Of a stretch of 64,000 nucleotides of DNA, positions 9,427 through 20,664 are shown piece after piece (position 1 is the first letter of the stretch; each line of letters starts with the position of its first letter). Source of the stretch: an uncultured Alphaproteobacteria bacterium (lineage in GTDB: Bacteria; Pseudomonadota; Alphaproteobacteria; RF32; CAG-239); NCBI GenBank assembly GCA_944391465.1, contig CALXTS010000003.1:14814-78813 (forward strand), in the 5' to 3' direction. Position numbers and translations under genes: made by a program. A model generated the notes under the pieces. That model did not search any database and was not told the origin of the DNA. It was given only the letters and a program-made list of their open reading frames with translations.

Positions 9427-10743
9427 TTATGGCAATAACGGAGACCAAGCAGGATCTGAACCATCTGCCGGCGTCACAATCATTCTTTCGTTATAACCGG
9501 TCAAATCAATTGAATAAAGTTTAACCGGAGCTGCCTTAGACCCTCTTGGTTTATCCTGACGGAAATACATCAGAACACGACCATTCGGAGACCATGTCGG
9601 ACCTTCAACCAAATAACCGCTAGCCAGTAATCTTTCACCGGAACCATCAGGATACATAATTCCGATATAAAATTGTCCGCCAGCCATTTTGGTAAAAGCA
9701 ATATAATCACCGCGTGGTGACCACACCGGCGTAGCATAACGACCGGAGCCGAAACTAATACGATGAACATTACTTCCGTCAGCATCCATAATATATAACT
9801 GCTGATTTCCGCCTCTATCAGAGTTAAATACAATCTGACTTCCGTCAGGAGAATAACTCGGAGAAGTATCAATAGCACTACTGTTTGTCAGCTGTTTGCT
9901 GCGACGAGTAGCCAAATCCATCTCATAAATATTCGTTTTACCATTATTGGCATAACTCATAATAACTTTACGACTATCCGGAGAAAAACGAGGAGCAAAA
10001 GTCATCCCCGGAAAATTACCAAGCAAAGTCTGCCTTCCGGATTCGATATCTAAAACATATACTTTTGGTACACCGCCGCTATAAGACATATAAGTAATTT
10101 TTTGCAAGTTAGGAGAGAAACGAGGAGTTAAGGCCATCGTAACACCGGATGTCAAAAATTTATGATTTTCCCCATCCTGATCCATAATAGCCAATCGTTT
10201 TACTCTTCTGGTTGCAGGACCAGTCTCAGAAACATAAACAATACGTGTATCAAAATATCCCTTTTCACCGGTCAAACGTTCATAAATAGCATCAGCAATC
10301 ACATGAGCAACTCTGCGCCAATTGTCTTTTGTTGTCGTAAAAGTTTGACCTTTCATTTGTTGTTGAGCAAAAACATCCCAAAGTCTAAATTCAATTTTAA
10401 GTTTTGTTTCACTCATTTCGGTTACGGCAGCTTGAACCAAAACCTGAGCCTTAATTGCCTTCCAATCAACAAATTTAGGTTCTTCATTAATTGAGGTAAA
10501 ATCTTGAATATAGCTGCTTTCATTAATAACCCTAAATAAACCGGAACGCTCTAAATCGGCAACAACAACTCCACGAATTTTTCCGGCATATTGTCCCACA
10601 AAAAAACCTTGATGAATAAATTCGGGAATGGCAATCGGCATCGGATCCCGCATCGCACCGGTTACATCGATTCGTAACTCGGCCTTTGCCGGAGAAACAC
10701 AAAGCATAGCCAATAAGAAAAAGATAATTTTATTAAATTTCAT
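9427..10743 (-). CDS. tolB: Tol-Pal system periplasmic beta-propeller protein TolB
   Basis: 438 aa. Signal peptide, TolB N-domain, and repeated PxxSPDG/WSPxG propeller blades. Confidence 0.9.
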   Translation of the reverse strand: MKFNKIIFFLLAMLCVSPAKAELRIDVTGAMRDPMPIAIPEFIHQGFFVGQYAGKIRGVVVADLERSGLFRVINESSYIQDFTSINEEPKFVDWKAIKAQVLVQAAVTEMSETKLKIEFRLWDVFAQQQMKGQTFTTTKDNWRRVAHVIADAIYERLTGEKGYFDTRIVYVSETGPATRRVKRLAIMDQDGENHKFLTSGVTMALTPRFSPNLQKITYMSYSGGVPKVYVLDIESGRQTLLGNFPGMTFAPRFSPDSRKVIMSYANNGKTNIYEMDLATRRSKQLTNSSAIDTSPSYSPDGSQIVFNSDRGGNQQLYIMDADGSNVHRISFGSGRYATPVWSPRGDYIAFTKMAGGQFYIGIMYPDGSGERLLASGYLVEGPTWSPNGRVLMYFRQDKPRGSKAAPVKLYSIDLTGYNERMIVTPADGSDPAWSPLLP

Positions 10744-10903
10744 AATGTTACACCCTTATAAATATACCTATATCTTATCATATGATGACTTTATTAAAAT
10801 TCAATTAGCAAGGCTCAAAATAAAGCCCTTAAACAAATAAAAGTCTTCCCTTGACTCTTAAAAGTAAGGACATATTCTAATAAAAACAACAAGGAAACAA
10901 AAT

Positions 10904-11362
10904 ATGGATTTAAGAGCATTTAAACAACAACTCAAACCCTACCGAGCTATTCTCGGTTTTGATTATGGAAGCAAAAGATTAGGCGTTGCCGTTTCAGATT
11001 TATTATGGACAATAGCCACACCGCAAAAAACTATTTTTCGCAGTACAATTGAAGAGGACCTAAAAAGAATTAAACAACTGATTGAAGAAAAAGAAGTCGG
11101 CGGAATAATCTATGGTCTCCCCTTGCAAATGAATGGAGAAGAAGGTGAGATTGCGGAAGAAGTGAGAAAATTTGCCAATATCGTTTTTGAAAATACAAAC
11201 CTCCCTTTTGCCTTTTGGGATGAGAGATTATCATCTAAAGCCATGGAGAACTTTTTAATTAAAGAAGTTGATATGTCGCGCAAAAAACGTAAAAATATTT
11301 TGGACAGTTCTTCAGCAGGATATATTTTACAAGGCGTACTCGATGCACTCCGCTATTTATAA
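10904..11362 (+). CDS. ruvX: Holliday-junction-resolvase-like / pre-16S rRNA nuclease RuvX (YqgF)
   Basis: 152 aa. N-terminal GFDYGSKRLGVAVSD motif. Confidence 0.9.
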   Translation: MDLRAFKQQLKPYRAILGFDYGSKRLGVAVSDLLWTIATPQKTIFRSTIEEDLKRIKQLIEEKEVGGIIYGLPLQMNGEEGEIAEEVRKFANIVFENTNLPFAFWDERLSSKAMENFLIKEVDMSRKKRKNILDSSSAGYILQGVLDALRYL

Positions 11363-12069
11363 CAATAAGATACAGCCTTTAAGACCGTAAGAAAATCCTC
11401 TTCCAGCATAAAATTAAAATCATCCGGCAAAATATTATCCACCAAATGAGCAATGTCTTTATCTGTCTTCACATATTTAGGCAAAAAACGCCGACAAAAA
11501 GCATAAGCCGATGCCTGAACAGCCTCCAAAGAGGATACATCATATCCGATTGAAGCTAATAGCTTCAAAACATCTTTTTCCGAAACCCTTTGAGCATCGG
11601 AAAGATTATACCATAAACCCACACCCTGATTCGCTAACTTCTGCCAAGGAAAGGCTTTTCCGGGATCAGCCTTTCGAAGAGGAGCAATATCGGAATGCCC
11701 AACGACATTTTGAGGTAAAATATTATATCTTTGAATAATATCCTGAGCCAGAATACTTAAAACATCAATTTGTTTTTCATCATAGGCTTCTTGCCCCAAC
11801 GACATATTACAAATTTCAATTCCTATAGAGCGATTATTAAAGCCGCCTTTAAAACCTCGCCAATAACCCATTCCGGCATGTTGAGCAGCTTTACTTTCAT
11901 CAACCACTTTAATAACCTCGGCATTTTCATCAATAAGATAATGGCAACTGCACTTATATTCATTCAGGTAATACAAAACTTTATCGGCAGAAAACGCACT
12001 GCAATGAAAAACCAACATATCAACATTTTCTGTTCTATCCATAAAATAAGGCAAGAAAAACTCTTTCAT
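11353..12069 (-). CDS. N-acetylmuramoyl-L-alanine amidase (Amidase_2, AmpD-like) with C-terminal peptidoglycan-binding-like region
   Basis: 238 aa. Motifs HCSA, AQHAGMGYWRG..NNRSIGIE and GHSDIAPLRKADPG. The 3' end overlaps convergent ruvX by 10 nt. Confidence 0.75.
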   Translation of the reverse strand: MKEFFLPYFMDRTENVDMLVFHCSAFSADKVLYYLNEYKCSCHYLIDENAEVIKVVDESKAAQHAGMGYWRGFKGGFNNRSIGIEICNMSLGQEAYDEKQIDVLSILAQDIIQRYNILPQNVVGHSDIAPLRKADPGKAFPWQKLANQGVGLWYNLSDAQRVSEKDVLKLLASIGYDVSSLEAVQASAYAFCRRFLPKYVKTDKDIAHLVDNILPDDFNFMLEEDFLTVLKAVSYCYK

Positions 12070-12094
12070 TTATCCCTCTGAAACATATTAAAAA

Positions 12095-13261
12095 TCATGC
12101 AGCTCGACGACTTTTCATAATCGCTTGATAAGCATTATTAATCTCCGCCATCTTTTTTGTAGAGACTTTAATTTCTTCAATGCTGGCACCTTTAGACTGT
12201 AAACGATCCGGATGATACTTAATAATTAACTCTTTCCACCGCTTTTTAATTTCATCATCACCCGCGTTCATTGAAACACCGAGAATATCATAAAAACAGA
12301 TAGTTGCGGAATTTTGTCCTTTAGGACGATAAATATTTTGAATAACCTCAAAATTCCCCTTTGGCAAATCAATCAAATGGGCAACTTTTTTTAATAAATC
12401 AAATTTTATATCTCCGGCTTGAGCATCTGCCATGGCGATTTTAAATAAATTATCAATAACACTTTCTTTAAGCTGAATATTTTCATCAGTAAGTAATTTC
12501 AATTGGTTCGCGTAAAATTCCAAATCTTTTTCTGAGGTTTTGGCATTTTTAAACACTTTAGCGGCCTTTGAATTTTCTTTTTCAGTAACGATAAACAGTT
12601 TTTTAAAAACTCGAATTTCATTTTCAGAAATTTGCCCGTCAGCTTTAGCCACAATCACCGCTAAACCTGAAACCGCCTGAACATAAGCCACATGACGAGC
12701 TTCTTTAGAATGAACCCACCATTTGAGAGGATTATAACGCAACCAAAAACCTTTCAAAAAAGAGAAAGGAAACATCATTGCCTGCTCAAGTCTATAATAA
12801 TCTATAAAGAAACCGATAACAATTCCCGTAAACATCAAAATTCGGCTCTGGCAAATAAAGCCCAAAACAACACCGATAATTTTGGCCAAATGTTTATCAA
12901 CAAAAATATCAAATTTTTTCAATGATTCGCCGATTTTCCCATCTCTTGAAACATCAAAAAGCAAATGACCGATGATAAATAAAGAGATAAAACCATCCCA
13001 ACCATAAAGAAGCCCACCCAAAACAGCTCCTGAGATTTTTCCAAAGAAACGTCCTTCCAAACGATTATAAAAACGATAATACTTATACGGCAACATAATC
13101 CGCACATTATCATCAAGAGCAGATAAACCGGCTTTTAATTTCTTAATCAAAACGGTTCGGTCAATCAATAAATGCCCCAAAACAAGACCGAGAAAAAAAC
13201 CTTCGGCACCAAAAAAACGAAGCCCGAAAACCGCCAGACAAAACTTCCCGAACGGAGACAT
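12095..13261 (-). CDS. DjlA-like membrane co-chaperone (multi-TM N-terminus, TerB-like middle, C-terminal J domain)
   Basis: 388 aa. C-terminal J domain YDILGV...KYHPDR. The middle AKADGQISENE segment is TerB-like, and the N-terminus is glycine-rich and hydrophobic. Confidence 0.7.
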   Translation of the reverse strand: MSPFGKFCLAVFGLRFFGAEGFFLGLVLGHLLIDRTVLIKKLKAGLSALDDNVRIMLPYKYYRFYNRLEGRFFGKISGAVLGGLLYGWDGFISLFIIGHLLFDVSRDGKIGESLKKFDIFVDKHLAKIIGVVLGFICQSRILMFTGIVIGFFIDYYRLEQAMMFPFSFLKGFWLRYNPLKWWVHSKEARHVAYVQAVSGLAVIVAKADGQISENEIRVFKKLFIVTEKENSKAAKVFKNAKTSEKDLEFYANQLKLLTDENIQLKESVIDNLFKIAMADAQAGDIKFDLLKKVAHLIDLPKGNFEVIQNIYRPKGQNSATICFYDILGVSMNAGDDEIKKRWKELIIKYHPDRLQSKGASIEEIKVSTKKMAEINNAYQAIMKSRRAA

Positions 13262-13348
13262 AAAAAATTCCCGTAAATTAAAACAATATTTTGATTATAG
13301 ATTTTTTTTCATAAAATAAAAGAGCTATTTACACCAAAGCCAAGTTGT

Positions 13349-14110
13349 TCACAATACAATGCAAGAGAGCTCGACCGGAAAACATTTTGGCGCATGAATT
13401 AAGCCTCTGTGCGTATTACGCCGAAAACTGAAAAATTCCTTTTCTAAAGCATAGGTATCAAGTCCTGAAACCGTTATACTCGAAACGCCGTAAGCCTCCA
13501 GCCTATCAAAACAAAATTTCTCTAAATCAAACAGATAATGCCTTTTTTTATTTGAAAGGATAAAATATTTTTCATACTGAATATTTTCGGTAATAAATTG
13601 AGTATAAAAATTGCCATCAACCTCATAAGATTTCTGAGCAATACACGGCCCCACCGCCGCATGAATATTTTGCAGTTTTGCACCTTTGGCAATCATCAAA
13701 TCCAAAGCATTCTCAATAACACCTTTGAAAGCACCGCGCCACCCCGCATGAGCCACCCCGATAACCTCATTTTGAAAATCCGCCATTAAAACCGGAGCAC
13801 AATCTGCCGTTCTGATGCATAAACCGATTCCTTTTTTATCGGTAACGGCACCATCAGCCTCAATTATTCCCTGAGAAGCCTCATCAACATAAACAACTTT
13901 ATTGCTCACGCCCTGATTAAGCAACAAAAGATTTTCTTTATGCAAATTCAGAACCGATGCCGCAATTTCTAAATTCTGCAAAACATTATCTTTATTATCA
14001 TCACTTTTTGTGCTGACGTTCAAGCTGGAATAAATTCCGGAAGATACGCCACCTTGAGAACCAAAAAAACAATGCTTATCTGTCGGCAAATTCGGAGCTA
14101 AATAACTCAT
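13349..14110 (-). CDS. pgeF: Purine nucleoside phosphorylase/laccase-domain protein PgeF (YfiH family)
   Basis: 253 aa. Motifs TADCAPV and GVAHAGWRG. Its start overlaps the deoB stop by 4 nt. Confidence 0.85.
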   Translation of the reverse strand: MSYLAPNLPTDKHCFFGSQGGVSSGIYSSLNVSTKSDDNKDNVLQNLEIAASVLNLHKENLLLLNQGVSNKVVYVDEASQGIIEADGAVTDKKGIGLCIRTADCAPVLMADFQNEVIGVAHAGWRGAFKGVIENALDLMIAKGAKLQNIHAAVGPCIAQKSYEVDGNFYTQFITENIQYEKYFILSNKKRHYLFDLEKFCFDRLEAYGVSSITVSGLDTYALEKEFFSFRRNTHRGLIHAPKCFPVELSCIVL

Positions 14111-15300
14111 AAAAAGCTCTCCCCATACTTAAACGGTGACAAACCGAAACATTGAGCGACTGTCTGTGCAATATCGGCAAAAGTATTTCTCTGCCCAATA
14201 TTCTGAGAAACTATTTTTTTGCCAAACATCAAAACCGGCACCTGTTCTCTCGTATGATCAGTACCTTCCCAGGTCGGATCGTTTCCATGATCCGCCGTAA
14301 TAAAAACAATGTCATCATCTTTAAGATATGGAAGAAGCTCCGGCAAACGAGCATCAAAATATTCCAAAGCCTCAGCATAGCCTTTAACATTCCGCCGATG
14401 CCCGTAGTACATGTCAAAATCTTCAAAATTAGTAAAAATCAAACTTTCTTCGGGAGCGTTTTTTACGGCATTTAATGTAGCCTTCCATAAATCTTCAAGC
14501 CCGGCTGCGTGAATAGCCTGCGTTATACCCCTGTGCGCATATATATCATTAATTGCACCGATGGCAATAACTTCACGACCCGAAGATTTTACCTTATCCA
14601 ACAAAGTTTCACCAAAAGGTTGAGCGGCATAATCTCGACGATTTTTCGTGCGGACAAATTCTCCGTTTTTATGCCCGATAAACGGACGCGCAATAATCCG
14701 TCCAATGTTATAAGGTTGAACATATTTATAAGCAATTTCGCATAAAGAATATAAATTATCCAAACCAAAAAACTCTTCATGAGCGGCTATTTGCATATTA
14801 CTGTCAGCCGACGTATAAAAAATCGGTTTTCCTGTTTTTAGGTGTTCCTCCCCCAGCTCCTGAATAATAACCGTACCGGAAGCCGCTTTATTACCTAGAA
14901 TTCCGGGAATTTTAGAATCCCTTGTAATGGAAGAAATAACATCATCGGGAAAAGAAGGATAATCCGCCTTAAAATGCCCCCATCCGTTAAGATTAGGGAG
15001 ACCTGCCATTTCCCAATGTCCGGAAACGGTATCTTTATCTTTACTGATTTCTTTAGCATGTCCATATTTTGAAGGCAGATTTAAATTTCCTTCGGATTGA
15101 GAACCGACGGCAGGATAATTTCCGGTAGCTCCTTTTGCCGCCTCCAACAAACCCAAAGAAGACAAATTCGGAATTTTCAGACCATTATTTGCTGCAGCAA
15201 TATGCCCCAAAGTATCAGCGCCGAGATTCCCATAAGATGCGGCATCGGGAGCTCCCCCGATTCCAAATGAATCCATCATACAAATAATCACTCTAGCCAT
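14107..15300 (-). CDS. deoB: Phosphopentomutase
   Basis: Motifs MDSFGIGG and TADHGNDPT. Start moved from the ORF-track 15324 to the ATG at 15300, which is preceded by AAGGAG. Confidence 0.9.
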   Translation of the reverse strand: MARVIICMMDSFGIGGAPDAASYGNLGADTLGHIAAANNGLKIPNLSSLGLLEAAKGATGNYPAVGSQSEGNLNLPSKYGHAKEISKDKDTVSGHWEMAGLPNLNGWGHFKADYPSFPDDVISSITRDSKIPGILGNKAASGTVIIQELGEEHLKTGKPIFYTSADSNMQIAAHEEFFGLDNLYSLCEIAYKYVQPYNIGRIIARPFIGHKNGEFVRTKNRRDYAAQPFGETLLDKVKSSGREVIAIGAINDIYAHRGITQAIHAAGLEDLWKATLNAVKNAPEESLIFTNFEDFDMYYGHRRNVKGYAEALEYFDARLPELLPYLKDDDIVFITADHGNDPTWEGTDHTREQVPVLMFGKKIVSQNIGQRNTFADIAQTVAQCFGLSPFKYGESFL

Positions 15301-15374
15301 AACAATTCTCCTTTGTTTAAGCATAGAAGATAATCATTAAAAAATAAATAAATTCAGAACCTCAACAAAAAAAC

Positions 15375-17180
15375 TTAATTATCGCCAACTCGTAAAGCCT
15401 CAATAAACGCAGACTGCGGAACCTCAACTTTACCAAACTGGCGCATTCTCTGTTTTCCTTTTTTCTGTTTATCCAACAACTTACGTTTACGAGTAATATC
15501 ACCGCCATAACATTTTGCGGTAACATCTTTGCGCAAAGCAGAAATCGTTTCACGAGCCACAACACGTCCACCAATTGTCGCTTGTATTGGAATTTTAAAC
15601 AAATGCCGCGGGATTAAATCTTTCAAACGCTCGCAAATTTGTCTTCCTCTTGATTCGGCTTCGGAACGATGGCACAAGAAAGCCAGAGCATCAACCGGCT
15701 CTTCATTAATCAGGATTTGAACTTTAACCAAATCAGCTTCTTCATGACCGACGAGTTCATAATCAAAACTTGCATATCCGCTGGTAATAGATTTTAAGCG
15801 ATCATAAAAATCAAAAACAATTTCATTCAACGGAATTTTATAAATTACCATTGCCCGTGTCCCAACATAAGTCAGCTCAATTTGCTCACCTCTGCGTTCG
15901 GTACACAACTTCAAGACCGCCCCCAAATAAGTATCGGGAACCAAAATTGTTGCTTTAACCATCGGTTCTTCAATGGATTTAATTTGAGTTGGTTCAGGCA
16001 TATCTGCCGGATTATGCAAAGTAATATCAGAGCCGTTCGTTAAATGGATTTTATAAGCAACCGAAGGCGCTGTTGTAATTAAATCCAAATCAAACTCTCT
16101 CCCCAAACGTTCCTGAATAATTTCCATATGCAAAAGACCGAGAAATCCGCAACGGAAACCCAATCCTAAAGCGGCAGAATTTTCATTTTGATAATCAATA
16201 CTGGCATCATTCAGTTTCAATTTAGCCAAAGCATCTTTTAATAAATCATACTGGCTTGAATCAACCGGAAAAATTGAGCAAAAGACAACCGGAACAGAGG
16301 GTTTAAAACCCTTAAGCGGCTCCATACAAGGAGCTTTGTTATCAGTAATGGTATCACCGATACTACAATCACTGACAGCTTTAATACTCGCGGTAATAAA
16401 GCCGACCTCTCCGGGATACAAAGCCTCAACATCCGTCATTTTAGGAGAAAACACACCAACTCTGTCAACCAAATAGGTCGCGTTATTGGACATCATTCTA
16501 ATTTGTGTCTTTTTGCGCAAAACACCGTCATGGATTCTGACTAAAATAATCACCCCAAGATAACTGTCATACCAACTATCAATCAACAATGCTTTCAAAG
16601 GAGCATTTTCTTCTCCTTGCGGGGCAGGCAAACGCTGAACAATGGCTTCCAATAAATCATCAACACCTAATCCGGTTTTTCCGGAAGTTTCAATTGCTTC
16701 AGATGTGTCCAAGCCGATAACATCTTCAATTTGTTGCTTAACACGATCACAATCTGCAGAAGGCAAATCAACTTTGTTTAAAACGGGAATAATTTCATGA
16801 TTATTATCAATCGCCAAATAAACATTGGCCAAAGTCTGAGCTTCAACCCCCTGAGTTGCATCAACAACCAATATTGACCCCTCACAAGAAGCCAAAGAAC
16901 GAGAAACCTCATAAGAAAAATCCACATGTCCCGGAGTATCAATCAAATTCAACTGATAAGTTTTAGCATCTTTTGCCTTATAATTTAAGCGCACGGTCTG
17001 AGCTTTGATTGTAATACCGCGTTCCCTCTCAATGTCCATATTATCAAGCACCTGCTCTGTCATTTCGCGCTTTTCCAAACCACCGCAGGTTTCAATAATT
17101 CTGTCAGCCAGAGTAGATTTGCCATGATCAATATGAGCGATAATTGCAAAATTTCTGATTAAATTTAAATCATGAGTCAT
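15375..17180 (-). CDS. lepA: Elongation factor 4 (LepA)
   Basis: 601 aa. G motifs [17 protein letters not shown] and NKVD, plus a LepA-specific C-terminal domain. Confidence 0.95.
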   Translation of the reverse strand: MTHDLNLIRNFAIIAHIDHGKSTLADRIIETCGGLEKREMTEQVLDNMDIERERGITIKAQTVRLNYKAKDAKTYQLNLIDTPGHVDFSYEVSRSLASCEGSILVVDATQGVEAQTLANVYLAIDNNHEIIPVLNKVDLPSADCDRVKQQIEDVIGLDTSEAIETSGKTGLGVDDLLEAIVQRLPAPQGEENAPLKALLIDSWYDSYLGVIILVRIHDGVLRKKTQIRMMSNNATYLVDRVGVFSPKMTDVEALYPGEVGFITASIKAVSDCSIGDTITDNKAPCMEPLKGFKPSVPVVFCSIFPVDSSQYDLLKDALAKLKLNDASIDYQNENSAALGLGFRCGFLGLLHMEIIQERLGREFDLDLITTAPSVAYKIHLTNGSDITLHNPADMPEPTQIKSIEEPMVKATILVPDTYLGAVLKLCTERRGEQIELTYVGTRAMVIYKIPLNEIVFDFYDRLKSITSGYASFDYELVGHEEADLVKVQILINEEPVDALAFLCHRSEAESRGRQICERLKDLIPRHLFKIPIQATIGGRVVARETISALRKDVTAKCYGGDITRKRKLLDKQKKGKQRMRQFGKVEVPQSAFIEALRVGDN

Positions 17181-17293
17181 TATTATATACCCGTTTATTT
17201 ATTCACAGTCTTTAACAAGAAAATAAATGATTTTTTTTAATCTGCAACTACTAAATTTTCAAACTTTCTTTTCCCGCACCTTTTCTATTCCGG

Positions 17294-17323
17294 TTGACGT
17301 AATTATATAAAAAGCGCTATAAT
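17294..17323 (+). promoter_or_regulatory. Candidate sigma70-type promoter for the GNAT gene
   Basis: TTGACG (17294-99), 18-nt spacer, TATAAT (17318-23), about 30 nt upstream of the AGGAGG RBS. Confidence 0.45.
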
Positions 17324-17354
17324 CAAAATATCTAAATTCGACAGGAGGTGTGCC

Positions 17355-17792
17355 ATGCGTAAAATGATAGATATAGATTTTAATTCAAGCCGCTATGATG
17401 AATTGGTACAGCTCCGATACAAAATATTACTGGAACCACTAGGGTTGAAGTTTTTAGATTCGCACAGAGCACAAGAAGAACATTACCTTCATATCGGATG
17501 CATTGAAGCCCTTGATGATAAGTTGATTGGAGGACTGATGCTTGTCCCGATAAATCATGATACCATACGCATGATGCAAGTTGCCGTAGATGGCAAATAT
17601 CAAAGAGAAGGCGTTGGTACTCAGTTAATAAAATATGCCGAAAAGAGAGCAAAAGAGATTGGTTACAGTAAGATTGTCATGCACGCTATGTTGACTGTAG
17701 TACATTTTTATGAAAAGAACGGTTATCATCAAGAAGGTGATATCTTTGAAGAAAAAGGCATAACCTTTGCACGCATGGTAAAAGAATTATAA
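17355..17792 (+). CDS. GNAT-family N-acetyltransferase
   Basis: 145 aa. Acetyl-CoA binding motif QVAVDGKYQREGVGTQL, with a strong AGGAGG RBS. Confidence 0.8.
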   Translation: MRKMIDIDFNSSRYDELVQLRYKILLEPLGLKFLDSHRAQEEHYLHIGCIEALDDKLIGGLMLVPINHDTIRMMQVAVDGKYQREGVGTQLIKYAEKRAKEIGYSKIVMHAMLTVVHFYEKNGYHQEGDIFEEKGITFARMVKEL

Positions 17793-17825
17793 AAAAAGCC
17801 TTTGGGCTAAAACCCAAAGGCTTTT
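17791..17825. terminator. Bidirectional terminator (GNAT gene / cspA)
   Basis: GCCTTTGGG(17798-806)/CCCAAAGGC(17813-21) stem with an A-run upstream and a T-run downstream. Confidence 0.75.
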
Positions 17826-17840
17826 CTATACCACCAAAAT

Positions 17841-18047
17841 TTACAACAGACGAATATTTCCCGCAGCAGGTTTTCCGTCTCTATCCGCATAAATCTCATA
17901 ATTAACCCGCTGACCATCCGTCAAACCACGCAACCCTGCTTTTTCTAACTGGGTTATATGCACAAAAATATCTTTTTCGCCGGTTTCCGGGACAATAAAC
18001 CCATACCCTTTTTTATTATTAAACCATTTAACAGTACCTTTTGACAT
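17841..18047 (-). CDS. cspA: Cold-shock protein (CspA family)
   Basis: MSKGTVKWFNNKKGYGFI RNP motifs. Start set to the ATG at 18047 (GAGGA upstream) rather than the ORF-track 18065. A long 5' spacer follows, as is usual for csp genes. Confidence 0.9.
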   Translation of the reverse strand: MSKGTVKWFNNKKGYGFIVPETGEKDIFVHITQLEKAGLRGLTDGQRVNYEIYADRDGKPAAGNIRLL

Positions 18048-18256
18048 ATGAAAATCCTCACTCACTAATTAAAATAACACCTTAGTTTCGTCTCTCCGTA
18101 AATTTAATAAAGCCTAGCCTTATACACCATTTCATATAATTGACACTCTACACATTTAAAGTACTTCCGCCAAAAAATTAAATTGACAACACCTTAAATT
18201 TTTTCATTATATGAACAGAAAAATAAAAATTATTGTATCACTTAAATTAGTATAAA

Positions 18257-18838
18257 ATGAACTCAAAAAGAAAAATGGAAATCATCAATTCCATCAAAAA
18301 AGAAATTGATAATTGGCAAGTTGCCATAGCATCTCTTCCACACCAAAGTTCCATAGAAACTATTGCACAAACAGCCGCATTTAACAGTTCTCTGCATTTA
18401 ATTTTTACCGACGCCGCAAATCGTCCGTATTTTTATGCGGGAATGGATCAAATCTGTTGCTATTTATCTGAATCATATCAAGGTACAATTTCCTACCATG
18501 CAAACACCTTCTTCTGGAAAGGCGAATGCAGTTTAGGAAATATATTTGATATTATTTATAGTTTCAACAAATGCAGTGTTTTAAAATTTCAAGTAAACCC
18601 TGAAGATTTTGCAGAAATGATAAATGATATTCAACCTTGTTTTAATCAGAATATTTTTCTGGAAAACCATAGCAAAACAGCCTGCTGTTATATTGGTCGC
18701 AAGGAATTTTGTAATACCTTAAAGCAAAAACTTTCAGGAAAAACTTTCCTTTGCGGAAACTTTTGGTGCTGGATTGGAACAAGCAATCTGGATAGAGTGA
18801 AATCAATCATCATGCTAAAAGAAAAGACTTTGAGTTAA
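18257..18838 (+). CDS. Hypothetical protein (Cys/Trp/Phe-rich, no recognisable family)
   Basis: 193-aa ORF with its own downstream terminator and a plausible upstream TTGACA box. No motif recognised. Confidence 0.55.
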   Translation: MNSKRKMEIINSIKKEIDNWQVAIASLPHQSSIETIAQTAAFNSSLHLIFTDAANRPYFYAGMDQICCYLSESYQGTISYHANTFFWKGECSLGNIFDIIYSFNKCSVLKFQVNPEDFAEMINDIQPCFNQNIFLENHSKTACCYIGRKEFCNTLKQKLSGKTFLCGNFWCWIGTSNLDRVKSIIMLKEKTLS

Positions 18839-18840
18839 AA

Positions 18841-18875
18841 AAAAGGCTTTGAGGTAAAATTCAAAGCCCTTTTTT
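18841..18875. terminator. Bidirectional terminator (orphan gene / ettA)
   Basis: GGCTTTGA(18845-52)/TCAAAGCC(18861-68) stem with A4 upstream and T6 downstream. Confidence 0.75.
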
Positions 18876-20558
18876 CTAGTTACGCTCTAATTTTTTGTAG
18901 CGAATACGATGCGGATTCACAGCATCTTCTCCTAAACGACGCTTTTTATCTTTCTCATATTCCTCAAAATTACCCTCAAACCATTCGACATGACCTTCAT
19001 CTTCATAAGCCAAGATATGAGTAGCCAATCTATCCAAGAACCATCTATCGTGTGAAGTTACCAACACACACCCCGGATAAGCCATAATACCTTCTTCCAA
19101 AGAACGTAAAGTATCAACATCTAGATCATTTGTCGGTTCATCAAGCAAAATCACATTTGCACCTTTTTTAAGCATTTTAGCCAAATGCACACGATTTCTT
19201 TCTCCACCGGAAAGCTGCCCGACTTTTTTCTGCTGATCAGAACCTTTAAAGTTAAATTGTCCGACGTATGCGCGAGACGGAATTGTATTTTTTCCGATTT
19301 CAATCATATCCAAACCATCAGAAATCTCTTCCCAAACATTTTTATCGGGATTAAGTTCATCACGCGATTGGTCAACATATCCCAAATCAACCGTATCGCC
19401 CAATCTGATTTCACCGGAGTCAGGCTTTTCTTGTCCGGTAATCATTCTAAATAAAGTTGTTTTTCCGGCTCCGTTCGGACCAATAATTCCCACAATGGCA
19501 CCCTTCGGAATTTTAAAAGACAAATCATCAATCAAAACTTTATTTCCGTATGCCTTTGAAATATTTTTAGCCTCAATAACCAAATCACCCAAACGCTCGG
19601 TCATCGGAATATTAATATGAGCCGTTGTAATTTTTTCGCGAGCAGATTGCGCCAACAATTCATCATAAGCATTAATACGAGCTTTTGATTTTGCTTGCCT
19701 TGCTTTCGGATTTTTTTGAATCCACTCCAACTCATTAGCCAAAGTCTTCTGACGAGCAGATTCTTCACGAGCCTCTTGCTCTAAACGTTTCTGTTTTTGT
19801 TCCAACCACGAAGAATAATTTCCTTCATAAGGAATTCCCATTCCTCTATCAAGTTCCAAAATCCAGCCTGTAACGTTATCCAAAAAGTATCTGTCGTGCG
19901 TAACCATAACAACCGTGCCTTTATAATCACGCAAATGATTTTCCAACCATGCAACGGATTCGGCATCTAAATGGTTTGTCGGTTCATCTAAAAGCAAGAT
20001 ATCCGGTTTTTGCAAAAGCAAACGGCACAGGGCAACACGCCTTTTTTCACCACCGGAAAGTTTTGTAACATCAGCATCAGCAGGAGGGCAACGCAAAGCA
20101 TCCATAGCAATTTCGATTGTTCGCTCCAAATCCCAACCGTTGCATGCATCAATCTGCTCTTGCAAATTTGCTTGTTCTTCAATCAAAGCATTCATTTCGT
20201 CATCAGACATTTCTTCGCCGAACTTCATCGAAACTTCTTCATAGCGTTTCATTAAATCACGAATTTCAGCCAAGCCGTCCATAACATTTTCCATCACGTT
20301 TTTCTTTGGATCAAGTTTAGGTTCCTGCTCCAGATAACCAACTTTAACACCCTCAGCAGCCCATGCCTCGCCGTTAAACTCCTTATCGACACCGGCCATG
20401 ATTTTTAATAGAGTTGATTTACCGGCACCGTTAACACCCAAAACGCCGATTTTTGCTCCCGGCAAGAAAGAAAGCGTTATGCCTTTAAAAAGCTCTTTAC
20501 CTCCGGGAAAAACCTTCGTTAAATTTTGCATGACGAAAACATATTGAACCGCTGCCAT
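18876..20558 (-). CDS. ettA: ABC-F translational throttle ATPase EttA
   Basis: 560 aa. Two Walker A sites ([18 protein letters not shown]), two LSGGE signatures, and an EttA-like N-terminus and length. Confidence 0.9.
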   Translation of the reverse strand: MAAVQYVFVMQNLTKVFPGGKELFKGITLSFLPGAKIGVLGVNGAGKSTLLKIMAGVDKEFNGEAWAAEGVKVGYLEQEPKLDPKKNVMENVMDGLAEIRDLMKRYEEVSMKFGEEMSDDEMNALIEEQANLQEQIDACNGWDLERTIEIAMDALRCPPADADVTKLSGGEKRRVALCRLLLQKPDILLLDEPTNHLDAESVAWLENHLRDYKGTVVMVTHDRYFLDNVTGWILELDRGMGIPYEGNYSSWLEQKQKRLEQEAREESARQKTLANELEWIQKNPKARQAKSKARINAYDELLAQSAREKITTAHINIPMTERLGDLVIEAKNISKAYGNKVLIDDLSFKIPKGAIVGIIGPNGAGKTTLFRMITGQEKPDSGEIRLGDTVDLGYVDQSRDELNPDKNVWEEISDGLDMIEIGKNTIPSRAYVGQFNFKGSDQQKKVGQLSGGERNRVHLAKMLKKGANVILLDEPTNDLDVDTLRSLEEGIMAYPGCVLVTSHDRWFLDRLATHILAYEDEGHVEWFEGNFEEYEKDKKRRLGEDAVNPHRIRYKKLERN

Positions 20559-20664
20559 TTACCTTTTTCTCCTTTATAAACAAATTAATTGAGGCGAGTA
20601 TATAGACAAGAAAACGAAGTTTCAATCTTTTAATAAGGAAATTTAAAAATTTAAGAATATATTT

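Noticed and set aside
11353-11362. 10-nt convergent 3' overlap of ruvX and the amidase gene, considered as a possible regulatory antisense arrangement.
   Set aside because: Short convergent overlaps are common in compact genomes, and there is no additional structure to support a specific mechanism.
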